Part shown: in pieces, positions 1 to 11,949 of the stretch
Layout of the letters: every line of letters starts with the position of its first letter
Numbering within the stretch: position 1 is the first letter of the stretch
Assembly: GCA_028534125.1 (NCBI GenBank)
Contig: CM052816.1
Span: forward strand, 98,148,001 to 98,212,000
DNA length: 64,000 nucleotides
Direction: 5' to 3'
DNA from: Lama glama
Taxonomy: Eukaryota
Translations under genes and position numbers: made by a program
The notes under the pieces: model-generated
Told to the model about the DNA's origin: nothing
Databases searched by the model: none
What the model saw: the letters and a program-made list of their open reading frames with translations, nothing else

Positions 1-1244
1 ATACTCCTTCTCAAAAGCATTGAGAGCAAAATAATTACCAGTGGACACTCTTTCTCCCATTCAAACAGAAAATGTGAAATGCCAACGAACTCAGAAATAG
101 GAAACAAAAACACTCCATCACGGATGTGCCACTCACACCGCCCCAGTCCCCCATGTCCATCAGCTCGCTAATTGTCAGAACCAAAGACTTCTAAGCTCGA
201 AACTCTTTCCCGCACTTCCTGTTAGGCACGTCACCCCTGTCATCTGTTTGGAAACCCCAGGACTCATTTGTTCCATTTTACAGAAGAGGAAACCGGCTTT
301 CTGAGAATTGAGGAGACTTGCTGGGGCCCTACTCAGTGGGTCCAGACTCAGTGAGTCCAGACCCATCTTTGGACTGAAATGCAGGGTTGCGACAAGGAGG
401 GGTTTGAGCTGATGCTGTACAGGTGGAGCCTGCTGTGCGTCATTCTCAAAAGATGACTTACATTAACAAAGAAAGGTAAAATCCGTGGCTAACTGAAGTG
501 AGAACCTCCAGAGGGATGCATGCCTCTCTCCCCCACTGTCTCTGACCTGCTCCAGCTGGGGCAGGTGACAGCCTGTGGAAGGAAGGGCTCCAGAGCCCTT
601 GGCATCAGGAACAAACAGGCCGTGACTACTAGCTGTATTGCCAAATAACTTTATTCTTAAAAATACCTTGAATGCTTAAAAAATTACCACCCCCTAATTA
701 ACATTTGTGATCTAGGGAGTTGACTAATGGCTGTATCTCTTACATCTCACGTATCCTACATTGAATTGTATAGATTATTAGCTTCTCTAAGCTTTCCAAA
801 TGTCATTTGTTGCAGCCCAGAATGTAAACCTTGACCAATCCCCCTTCACCCCAAACTTGGTCATCAATCTGGCAATCATGCAGAGCAATAAAAATAATTT
901 CACATTTGGAGTTGGAAAATGGATTTGAGCTGAACACTAAACATGTTTTTAATAAATGCTGAGCAGCAGGCTGCCTGCTTAGAGAAGAAAACCTGTTTGT
1001 CAAAGGAAGAGAACATTATTGTGAAGGTATCAACTTGCTTGAAAGGGCATGTGTTGTGTTGGCAGCATTTTTTTTCCCTCCATGATGACGTTATCCCAAC
1101 TGGAATTATACCAAAAAACTCACTTTTTGCTTCTGGAATTTATGAAACTAAATTTTAAGAAGTTACTTTAGGTTATTGACTTTTTTAAAAATAAAGTTGA
1201 AATACATAAGAGTTGTTAAGGTACTCTGCAGTTTGCTCAGTTTC

Positions 1245-1368
1245 ACACCCTGTCTTGGCTCTTTTTGCTGTGTGACCTTGGGCAAATTACTTAACATCTC
1301 TGAGTCTTCATTTTCTCATCTGAAAATTAGTGACAGGCACAGCACATAACAAATGCTCAATAGGTATT
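1245..1368 (+). mobile_element. MIR SINE fragment
   Basis: MIR core gctgtgtgaccttgggcaaattacttaacatctctgagtcttcattttctcatctgaaaat plus a 3' tail-like gcacataacaaatgctcaata. Confidence 0.85.
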
Positions 1369-2182
1369 CTTGGAGGGAGATGTCACTTCTTACTGAAGGT
1401 AGACGAGGAGACAATCTTAGATTCTAAAGAGTGCTGGGCAATGGTACTGAAGCTTATGAAACAAACGTAGCTGGCATTGCTGTTTCTTAGCATCATGTCC
1501 AGCTGGTAAACCAGGCTAACACAAAATCAGAATCACATCAATAGGTTTGCTGGACTATAAGCAGCTACCCTTTACCACTGGTGCTTTACTGCACACTTCT
1601 GGGAGAGCGAGGTGGCATTCCTGACCGCAGGCAACAGTGTAGCACTGTCAGCTCTGGACTGATCTTCTGTACTTGTTTTCTCCAGTTGCTTGGAGGTTAG
1701 AATAGGACGATCAGGGTGAAAACTAGGAGCCCATAGGTGCTGAAATTTGCCAGCATGAAGAAATTTAGGTCCTAAATAATGCCACCATGAGCAGAGGTGG
1801 ACATAAAGGAGTCTTCACCTACTGCTGAGGGAGGCCCCCAGTGCCTCCAGAATGACCTCATTAATGAAGCAAAAATCAAGTGATAAGTTATTCCTATAAT
1901 TTGGTAGTTTCATCGAGTGTGATTCCTTACTGATTGCTAATCATTCATGAATTTTAAAATGTGGACAAAAAATTAAAGTAATTTACAAACAATGAGAAAT
2001 TTTTTTGGTTTAAAGTGATTTTCCAGTTATGATACCAACATGTATTTTACACTTTCCTTGTAGAGAACTTCTTAATTTTGACAATATTATTTTTTCTCAA
2101 TACATTATTTATATTCATTAAAAATAACTATTTAGCTCTTATTGTATTTTTGTCCTTTGCCAGTGCTGGAGATAAAACTGTG

Positions 2183-2640
2183 CTACTTTGGATCCCCCAA
2201 GAAGCAGTCACCATGGTAGGGCTAGACTAGACATGTGAGAGATTATCGGGGAAATTCCTGAAGGAGAAAAGAAGGGAGCATGAGGAGACAGGGAGAGCTT
2301 CCAGACTGCACGGCAGGTCTGACACTTGTGAATGAGAGAAGGGGAGGTAGGGTTGAGTAGGAAATTTCATACCATAATGCAAGTCTAAGAAGGATTTGGC
2401 TGGGCGATGAGGTGCCCTCCTTCCGGCTCAGCAGGAGCGGGCAGGCTTCAATGCCCACCATGCCCAGGCACTGGCTGGGAGCATCTGGGGGAAGTAAGGC
2501 CTCGGTGTGAATGCAGCAGGGAGTCCAGAAGGCCAGCAGCTGGACTGTCCATCAGAATCATCCCCCGCAGCAGAAGAGCAGATCAGTGCATTCTCAGAGT
2601 GGCCATGACGACCTACACCAAGACCCAGTCTTTGATTTCA
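2183..2640 (-). mobile_element. Old ERVL-class LTR (LTR16-like)
   Basis: gagagattatcgggggaaattcctgaaggagaaaagaagggag...gcaggtctgacacttgtgaa resembles the recalled LTR16-family consensus; subfamily uncertain. Confidence 0.5.
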
Positions 2641-3519
2641 ACAAATTCATGGTGTGATTGGGCTGCGGGCTGGGATACTTCTTCTTGGGGTCGTGTCCAG
2701 GGTTCCTGTATGAGCAGTGGGAAACACACACGGCTTTTGGAACTAATATTTGACCAGTAAAGAGATGGACTTGGTATGATAGCACATGGTTATTATTAGC
2801 AGAGTCAAGTGTTCCGGTTCAATTCAGCATATGCTTGTCGAGGACAGGTGGTCCAGCACCAAGGACAGAGTGGGAAACGCAAGAATAGGACAGGCATCGT
2901 CGTCATCATTGCCCTTCCCGTGCTCGAATGCCCTTGAATCTGTGCACTTACAGCTCCTTCACTGGACTCGAGCTCTTAGAAGACAAGATGATAATTTAGT
3001 TTCTTCACATTTCCCCACACACAGCCCCTTGTAGACGCTTAGATGTGGTCTTTGAGATGAGCAAAGTGTTGAAAAATTATAATACATCATCATCATTGTC
3101 TCTATTACAGTTGCCCCAAACCCAGTTTCCATCCCATATCATTTCTCCTTGGGAATCCTTTCAAGGGAAAAGAGAACCACTCTCTCATGGGTAATAAAAT
3201 AAGAATACACCATCTTCCCCTTCCCTGGATCTCCTTGTCTTGCTGACCTGGGTCTTTTCCGTTGTTCCTGCTACTCATCTCCAACCTTCTTCTGGTAGGA
3301 AAGGTGCTTCTCCCCTCAGAAAAACCCCTACTCAGGAAAGAACTGGACTTCAGGCATTTGTGGAATTCCAGTCTCTGGGCTTCCTCCCTCTGGGCTGTTT
3401 GCCATCCTGCAGAAAAGCTCCATGATCCACAAGCAGAGGAAAGTGAGCTGCAGTTGAGATGCACCTGTCTAAACTGCTTCCACAAATACCTTCTTTATAC
3501 CTCAGTTCATTCCTCTTCA

Positions 3520-3812
3520 ATATTTTCCATTATGAAAATATTTAAAACAGACGGGAAAATATAGAGAACAATGTAGGAGACCACTGTGGACTGTAATGCA
3601 GCTGTACCACATCTTAACACCTCACCATATTGGCTTCATTCCTTAAAAGGCAGAAAGTATACAGTGGAGTCTCATGCGTGTTCCTGACCCCATCTGCTCA
3701 CTCATCACGGCTGGGCATGTTTTTACATTTTGATGCCATATGTGTCTCCATCAACAATAAATAATCTTGTTTTGCATGTTCTCAAACTTAACATAAACGG
3801 CATTATATTGTT
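3520..3812 (-). mobile_element. Old L1 (L1M) 3' fragment, left part
   Basis: gttttgcatgttctcaaacttaacataaacggcattatattg is typical of an antisense L1M 3' region; it resumes after the MER21. Confidence 0.6.
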
Positions 3813-4371
3813 TGTACCTACTCTGGGGGTCGTCGAGACCACTTCCAGGTTCGGTGACTCCCCAGGAGGACAGAGGACTCAGCATAGAGTCGCACTCACA
3901 GCTGTGACTTATTACAGTGAAGGGCATGGAGCAAAATCAGCAAAAGGAAAGGCTTGTGGGATTAAGCCAAGAGGAAACCAGGCTCCAGCTTCCAAGATCC
4001 CACCCCCAGCAGCGTCACACAGAGTGCTCTTCACTCCTCTGAGAATGAGATGCTACAACACGTGTGAAGTCCTGTCTCAGGGAGGCTCATTAGAGACTCA
4101 GGACCCGGGCTTTTGTTGGGGACTGGTCACATGGGCACCCCTGCCTGGCATGTACCAAAACTCCCAACCCCTGGAAGGAAAGCAGATTCCTGCCTCAACC
4201 ACGTTGTCCGTCCAAGCAGTTTACTCCCACTGACCCTCTTTTACCCTTTAGGGGGTGGTGAGAGCCCTCCTGAAACCGAAGTTCTCAGAGGCCAGCCAAG
4301 GGCCCACCTTGCAAGTGAGCCTTTCTAAGGACAGCAGCCTCAGGCCTGTCCTGTTAACTCCTGTCTGCACA
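3813..4371 (-). mobile_element. MER21C-like LTR nested in L1
   Basis: TG...CA ends; extended match to the recalled MER21 consensus (ggactcagcatagagtcgcactcacagctgtgacttattacagtgaa; gcaaaatcagcaaaaggaaagg; gcctttctaaggacagcagcctcaggcctg). Confidence 0.85.
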
Positions 4372-4740
4372 GTTTCTTTATTGCAGATTTTTTTTTTACC
4401 TTTAGATTAAGACTTTAAGACTCATTTTTTGATATATTACCTTTGGTTCATTTATTGAATTTTTATAGTATTCTATTCATGAACATTTAAATTGTTCCTT
4501 ATTTTTCACAGTTGCAAATAATTCTGCAATAAACATTTTTCTGAATTTCTTGGACCCACCTGCAAGTGTCTCTGGGACTCCAGCATGTGCACGACTTCAG
4601 CGTCCCCAGGCACGGCCAAGTGCTCTCCAGGTTTTACCTGCCCTTACGATTCCTCTAGGGGTGTGAGCCCTTGCTTCCATACCTCCTCGCCAATGCCTGG
4701 CGCTGTCAGACTTTAAATTTTATTGATTCTATTAGGATGA
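4372..4740 (-). mobile_element. Old L1 (L1ME-like) fragment, right part
   Basis: gaacatttaaattgttcc...attctgcaataaacatt...cctcgccaatgcctggcgctgtcagacttt matches an antisense L1ME ORF2 end/3'UTR. Confidence 0.65.
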
Positions 4741-5311
4741 AGAGGGCTTTTCCTTAATGACAGTTCTTAGGCACAGGCACAGGGAACAAGGGTGTCTCCA
4801 GGGCCAGGACTTGAGCGACCGGGGGCAGCACGTGCAGGCTCAGGGCCCAGCAGACAGGACAGGGCAGGGGCTGCTTCTCTCCAGTCACTTCCCTCTCTGG
4901 CAAGGTTGCTCTGGGGTAACACTGAGATAGCATGAAGGGCGGTTCATGAGCTACCACAGTTATTCATCATCAGATTCTGCCAGTTTCTGGGTTAAAAATA
5001 ATCAGGGTTCTTCCTGTGAGTCATACACTGCTCAGAAATCCCTGGCTTCCTAGAACTCTAATAAAAACTCTCAGATTATATCCCAGGAGGCTGGGCGGGA
5101 CTCCGAGAGGGGGTGCGGGCTGTGAGCTGAAGGGACAGGAGATGAGATGGCCCCTGTGAGGGGGCCTGAGACGCACCTGGGGCAGAGCCAGAGCACCTGC
5201 GCGGAGGGTGACTGAAGGGCACCAGGTAGCAGAATGGTGTGTTTAGGGTTGCAGCCAATGTGCTCCTCAGACAAACTGCTTCTGAATCCAGCAAGTTGCT
5301 GGCTGAAATCA

Positions 5312-5415
5312 GATTTACAGCCATACGCAAGACCTGCTAAATCAGACTTCCTGGGGTGGGAGCCAGGAATCTAAATTTTTAACAAGCTCTCCAAGCAATT
5401 CGGAGGCACTCTGGG
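5312..5415. mobile_element. MER5A (hAT-Charlie) fragment
   Basis: agacctgctaaatcagacttcctggggtgggagccaggaatctaaatttttaacaagctctccaag. Confidence 0.75.
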
Positions 5416-6699
5416 GATTAAGTGTGGTTGATCAGGAGTCTGTCGGGGAGTAACTTGGTATCTGCTGGCAAAGATGTTCCCTGCCCTGCCCGCCTTCACT
5501 CTTTGCTGCTTTTGACCTTTCCCTAAGTAAAGCAATGTCTTGGTTAGTTTACAATAGCAGTGCAGGGTTAGATTCGTATGATATTCCATAGCTACAGAGA
5601 GAGTGTGTGTGTGATGCAAGTGTGTGTGTGATGCAATTGTGCATGTGTGCGACTATTTCTTATGAAACTACTTGAGCATCTGCTACACAAAACCAACACC
5701 ATCTCGTTGGGGGAATAAAGGGAGACAAAACGAAACAGCTCAAATAACATGACGAGAAGAGCAGTCTGGAATAACAAGACACTGCAGCAGGGCTAAGGTT
5801 AAAATCAGGCGTGCAAGATGCATTTCGAAGCCCTTTTTTCTTTTCTATGAGAGTAACAGACAACCCTCTTGGAAGCAGGGGGAGCTTTCAGGTGGAATGA
5901 GGGCTGTTTCTGACTTTGCTGGGGACAGAGCTCTGTCAGGCCTCCTGTCTGGGTGACGATGTTTGCATGAGGGCCATCCAGGCTACAGAGCGAGTCGTTC
6001 CTCATGCATGCAGCTCATGAGGTGTTGCTTGGAAGTAGATTGCCTGTCCTGGCCTCACGGACGTCAGGCACGTGCACTGATAATGTGTGTTCTGTCCAGG
6101 GGCTGTTATTTATAAGGGGAAGCGGTCAGGACTCCAGCAGCAATGTAAGTGACATCCGGAATTATACAGGACACAGGAGCATGGAGAGGCAGGGGAGAAT
6201 GTGTGAAGGAGGAGCCATGGTCAGTCTCTGGACGAGGGTTAATCCAGCTTTGGAGCGTGGTCTCCTCTTTCTGAACCATAAACCTTTTTCAGTTCACGAG
6301 CAGAGACGCTTGTCTGAGGCTGTGTGTTGAGCACGTGTCTTCTCAGTGTGTGCCGTGGGCTGTTCCCACTCTTGTCCAACCAAGATGGCAAACAGGTTAG
6401 GGCGCAGAGCTGCGGCGACCCCGCCTGGTGGCTGAGACTTCCCTCAGACGTCTTCGCAGTATTGTTTTTACTCTTACTGTTTTCACTGTTATTTTTGTTT
6501 TTACTATTATTTTGATTGATTATGGTGATCTTCATAAGTCTGCATGGCACTGATGTCAGAATCCAAATCTCCTTCTCACCTGAAGAAGGCTTACTTGCAC
6601 CAGTGTATCTACCCCACTGCACTGCTCTGGTCCTCAGGGTCCACAAGAGTGCTGGGGTTCAGACTTCTGATTCTCTGTGAAAATCTGCTGCCAGTGAGG

Positions 6700-7960
6700 T
6701 GACATTCACTCAAAAATTGGTCACGGAGACAGATACTGCTCTAGGCTCTCGGGTACAGCAGGGTTTGGTTCCTGCCATCTTGAAGCCCATGTGTTGTTGA
6801 GTCACTAATCAAATAATCACACCGAAGAGTATATTAGATACACTCCTTGAAGAGACAGAAGACATGGCACTGAGAACACGTAGAAGGAACTGGGATTCCC
6901 TGGGAAGAGAAGAGCCACTTTTCTGGAAAAGGATCAGCCTGGGAGGCCACAGTGGATGCAGGAAGACCAGTTAGGGGAAAGGTAAAGCTCTCACTGACCA
7001 GCAGCAATCGTGAGGAGGGGGTTGATTCAAGAGATATTTAGGAGGTGAGCCAGGCAGGAGTTGTTGCCCAGTTGACACTGGGAGAGGAGAGACAGATGCA
7101 TGCCAAGGGTCACGCTGAGGCTGTGACTCATGCAGCTGGTGCCATGCATTGGGGAGCAGGCCATCTGGGGACCACGTCTGTGGTGGGAAGGGTGTGGGTG
7201 AAGATGACGAGATCAGCATCTGATGTTTGCGTCTGAGATTGTGCTGAGACAGCCCAGTGAAGGCAAAGAGGAAGCACTCAGACGTGAGGGTCTGGAGCTC
7301 TGTGGGGGCGGGTCTGCACCTGAAGGGTGCTGTTGGGGATCTTTGGGGGATACCACTGGCATGTATATGGTTGCCTACAGAGCCTGCATCTCATTATTGA
7401 CTTTAGCTATCAGCTCCAATGAGCCCAGGATATCTGTGAATGAGGGCCTAAGGAAGAAAAGTGAGATACTTCGATTTGTGTTGATGAAAGACTGCTCTGA
7501 CTGCTAAGGGGTGAGTGGGTTGGAGGGATGGCAGTGGAAATGGAAAAAATTGGATATGGTGCTGTTTTGATAATCCGGGTGAGAGATGTAGGTCGGGACT
7601 CTCGGTAGTACTCTCATGGTACTGACCATGAGAAGAGAATGACTTTGGGTATGTTTTTGCAGGTAGGGTCAATAGGATTTGCCAAACGGTTGGATGTGGT
7701 ATGTGAGAAAAACACAGAAATCAAGAATAATTCAACAATGAGTTCACTGTATAGCACGAGGAACTATATTCAATGGCTTGCAGTAACCTGTAATGAAGAG
7801 GAGGGGCGTATGATGTTTGAGATGTCCGTCTGCACGTCAGTGGGGCTGTCAAGGAGAGGGCTGACTATTGGAGCCGGTTGCTGAGGATGAAGGGTTGACA
7901 TGTGAAGTGGCCTAGGACACAGAGGGACAACTGAAGGAAGGAGAGGGTACCAAAAATTGG
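6700..7960 (-). mobile_element. L2 LINE fragments
   Basis: Antisense L2 motifs: gattcaagagatatttaggaggtga; ataatccgggtgagagatg; aggatttgccaaacggttggatgtggtatgtgaga. Confidence 0.65.
7734..7799 (+). mobile_element. Very short cetartiodactyl-type L1 3'UTR fragment inside L2
   Basis: actgtatagcacgaggaactatattcaatggcttgcagtaacctgtaatgaa, the same motif as the L1 tail at 13.7 kb. Confidence 0.6.
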
Positions 7961-9739
7961 GATGGTGGCTGCTGGAGCCACCTTCACCTACTCTGAGGTG
8001 TTGCCTTCGACTTGGGCAGAGCTGGAGTGCCGGGGCCAGACTCTCCAGGGACTGAGGAGCTGCAGCTGTGTGTCTCTGGGCTGGGTGGTCTCTGGTCGCC
8101 TCTGGGTGAAGCCCGTCTCTGTCTCTGGGTCTGCCGTGTGGTTATCCGCCAGCCCGAGGCCACTGCAGGTGGGGAGATGTAGTCATTAGCTCTGTTCTTG
8201 GTCCAGGGGTCCAAAGCTTTGTGCAGCTTCTGGGCTGAGGGTTGTTATGTAGAAATCCAGGTGAGATGGGCTATTTCAACCAGTTTCTAGTCCTGACCTA
8301 AACCCTGTTTCCATGTTACTGGCCTGTTTTTTTTCTTTACTATTTTGGGGAGACTCAATTCAGGCATCTCACTCTTTCCCCTCCCCTTTCCTCTTTGTCC
8401 TCCTCCATCTGTAGAATCATTTACCACTTTTTTTTTCTGGCCACAGAGTCATCTATAGATCTTTGGGATAAGATCATGTAGTAATCACGTCACCACAAGG
8501 CTGGGTGATATTAATCAAATTAAATCAGTCTTGATTTTTCTGCTTTATATTTTGAGGACTTTGTTCCTGTGGTCCTGGCTCTTATCAATTTTAGACATGA
8601 TGCTATCTTTAATTTGTACACTCCTTACTTCGACATTGCTTCACTGATTGAATACCTTGTGACCTAGTACTTCTCCTGAGAAGATTTTCCCTAATGGTCA
8701 TTAACACAATGTTATCAAAAGTCATTTTGGAAATCAAGTTTACTTCTATTGCTATAAACCTTCATTTCAATCCTCACAGTGCTTCCTGGGAATCTTTTAC
8801 AGTCTCTTTCAAATTCGATTTGATAAAATTTGACATATTTTTCAAAGGGCTTCAGGATAACAGGGACAAAACTTTGTTGGGTATTGTTGGCATTAAAGTA
8901 CCTGTGTGCCCCTACAGAATTATTTCTTATATTATGTTCATTTACTTTCTAGATTAATTTTATGGTAGAAGAAACTGACTGCTGATTTCTTCTGGGAAAC
9001 ACATAAGGAGTCCAGATTTTAATATATTCTTTCATTCTGCCAAGAAAACTTCACATAGTCTCAGCTTGTGAATATATATAACCCTGATCTCGGAATTCAT
9101 TTGTGGAGTAGTCTAAATTCAATCCATTAGACCAAATCCTAAAGTACCTGTGTCTGCAAAACCCTCACTGGAGTTTAAATTAATTGATAAGTGGTTGCAT
9201 CTTTATGCTTCAAGTTATTTCAGAAGGTGCATGGTTTAGCTATCATTTCTAAGACAGTCAGTGATGAATGACTCTTTTTAACAAAGAGGTTTACATCGGT
9301 CATGAATTCCTTGCCTATTTGTCTCTTAGTTATGAGTAAAAATAGATACTAATAAAACCACCAGACAGACAGATGACCCAAACCTTGTCTCAGCTAAAGA
9401 AATGACAGTTTAGCTGCAGAGAGCAATTAAACTGGTCACTGGGAGGCCCAGTGCTTCCACAGACAGCCCTGAAGTTCTAGGAAGCTATGGCCTGCCCAGG
9501 TGGGATCGGCCCCCATGAGCCTCTCTTGGGAGGTTCTGCCCAGCTACTTTTTCCTCCAACTGGACTGATTCTGTCAAACCCTAACCACTATGTGACACAC
9601 AGCTATGCTCTTGGTTCTGACATGAACTAATCCCTGCATTGTTTCCTCATTGAATGTAGCATCAAGTTTGCCAGTCACTGAATAATAATAATAACAAAAA
9701 TAAAAATAAAACAATAAATCTCAAGAAGGAACACCCGAG

Positions 9740-10087
9740 GCTCTGTTCCTCCCCCCACCCATGCAGCCAGGTGTGGCCATGCGACTCAGCCTGTGCTGAT
9801 GGGAAGTAGATGGAAGTGATGCCTGCACCTCCAAGTTAGGTCCCGAGCTCTGAAGCCTCAACATTACACGTCCCAGACTCTCCTGCCCCTTCCCACTGGC
9901 TGGAATGCAGGTGGTGGGGCCACAAGACAGAAAGAACCTGGGCTCCTGTGAGAGCTCATGGAGCAGAGTGGTTCCACCTGCGCAGGACTGAATACAGTCT
10001 GACTGGTTAATGAGAAGCTTCTTTTTAAAGGTACTACATTTGGCGGTTTCTTGGGTTAGAGCTTATTAACATGTACTCTAATAAACA
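9740..10087 (+). mobile_element. Old MaLR LTR (MLT1J/K-like)
   Basis: gcagccaggtgtggccatgcgactcag...ggaagtgatgcctgcacctcc...agaacctgggctcctg; ends ctaataaaca. Confidence 0.6.
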
Positions 10088-10090
10088 TGC

Positions 10091-10561
10091 TGTATTATTT
10101 TCTAATGTTTCCATAACAATGTACCATAAACTGGGTGTCTAAACAACAGAAAATTATTATCTTATAGTTCTGGAGGCCAAAAGTCTGAAATCAAGGTGTC
10201 AGCATGGCCATGACCTTCTCAAACCTGTAGGGTTTCCATCTTTCTTATCTCTTCTTGGCTTCTGGTGGTCCCCCCTCAACCTCTGGCCCTCCTTGTCTTG
10301 TAGATGCGTCCCTTCACTCCTCCATCTTCACAGGTGCTCTCCCTGTGTCTTCATATCGTCTTGCCTCTATGTTTGCCTTGGCGAGAAAATTTCCCCTTTT
10401 CAAAAGGACACCAGTCATATTGGTTTGGGCCCCACCCTGATGGCTTTATCTGAACTTGATTACTCTGTAAAGATCCTGTTTCTAAATACGGCCACATTCT
10501 GAGGGACTAGGAGTTGGGACCTCAGCATATCTCACTGGGAGACACAGTTCAACCCATGACA
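10091..10561 (-). mobile_element. MLT1C-like solo LTR
   Basis: Full antisense MLT1 (tgtatta...gttctggaggccaaaagtctgaaatcaaggtgtcagca...cacagttcaacccatgaca); 5-bp TSD catgc/cacgc. Confidence 0.88.
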
Positions 10562-10566
10562 CACGC

Positions 10567-10800
10567 TGATGTTTACTGGGCTTATTATATTCCGGGCATC
10601 TTTCTAAGAATTTACGGAGATAATCTTAGTTAGTTATCACAGCAACTTCAGGAAGGAAGTGCTGCTGCAGCTGCCCCTTCATAGGATGATGGAAAAGGGG
10701 AGCAGAAGAATGAGCTACCTTGCTCCAGGTCACACAGAGACCAGGGGTGAGTTGGGATGGACTCACAAGTCTGAACCCAGGCCCGCCGCCTGCAGTCTTG
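10567..10800 (-). mobile_element. MIR SINE
   Basis: Antisense MIR layout, including tttactgggcttattatattccgggca and cttgctccaggtcacacag. Confidence 0.7.
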
Positions 10801-11931
10801 TCTGTCCCTCTGGAAGGAGCCCTGGCTTTTGGGAAGAAGAAGAGGAAGTGAATGAGGCCATCTCTGGGCATCTGAAGCCCCACGAAATACCCTCCCGATG
10901 ACTTGAGACATTGATGACTTTGCCCAGGGGCCTGAAGGGCGGTTCCAACACCAGGACACTGGCATAAGTGGGTGGGCCAGGAGTTCATGGCTTCAGTCCT
11001 TCAGGAGCCCCGTAGGATTACAGTGGAGGTTTCAGTCTTCCGAGTCTGGGCATGGGATTCCTGTTCAAGGCACTGGGCTCTTGTGTAAAATCCTGGCCCC
11101 TCCTTGTGGCTGCCTTGGTTTCCCTGGGAACTCCACTTCCTGTTCCTACATTATCCACTGATTTCTGAAGGGTCAGAGTAAGAATCCAAGCCCTCTGTGT
11201 TTGCGGTGAAGCTATTTATTTGGAGGTGAATGCCCATAGGGGGCACGGTGTGAGGTATGGCTGCAGAGGTCTGCTGGAGCTGGATAGTGGGGGGCCGAAA
11301 TGTCACCAGGTAGCTGGGGGCTGTTTCGGGGACAAGACCCTGACTCCGTGTTCCTGAAGTTACATGGGATCCTGGAGACGCTCAGACTCTTGTCCCAGGA
11401 ACCACTGAAGGGGCACTTACTGATTAGGGTCCAAGGAAAGAGCTCATGCCAGCCTTGTTTAGACTGATATGGTAGTTGTCATATTCCAGACCCAGGGAGC
11501 TAGCCTTAAGCTGTCCACTGTCCCCACCTACCACCTTCAGCCCATAAGCTTTTCAAAGCAATTTCAATTACAAACAACATCAGATCGAACAAAGTCAGGC
11601 TCTGAGGAAAGCAGCCTGCTTTTCATCAGTCACTCCAGGTTGCTGCTTTATGCAAAATAGATTCCCATCACTTAAGAAGCTGGCCCAGCCAACGGGTCAG
11701 GATGCCCCGTGAGCCCCTCACCCAGGGAGCAACAGACTGGACTGTGGGAACAGCCGGCGCCGAGGCGTGGCTGGCAGCTCCTGGGGCTTCTCCGCGGAGC
11801 TCTCTGTGACTGCGCCTTTCTGACTGACGTTTCTCGTTTACAAGGTGACCCTGAGCACAGAACCTTTTAATTAGCCCACAGATCCACGCTTTGTGTGGGT
11901 GACTGTCAGTTTCTTTGCCTTCTGGGGCCCT

Positions 11932-11949
11932 CTGTTGCCATGGCAACAG
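11932..11949. promoter_or_regulatory. Perfect palindromic RFX X-box
   Basis: CTGTTGCCATGGCAACAG, an 18-bp perfect palindrome containing the optimal X-box GTTGCCATGGCAAC (11934-11947) in unique sequence. Confidence 0.7.

Noticed and set aside
3730..4233. 167 aa ORF
   Set aside because: It lies within L1 and MER21 LTR sequence.
8855..8865. GGATAACAGGG, the core of an I-SceI site
   Set aside because: Only 11 contiguous bases of 18 match, with no vector context, so it is best treated as chance.
8894..9153. 14-mer taaagtacctgtgt present twice about 245 bp apart
   Set aside because: Only two copies with unrelated flanks; not an array. The implied minus-strand microexons have poor pyrimidine tracts.
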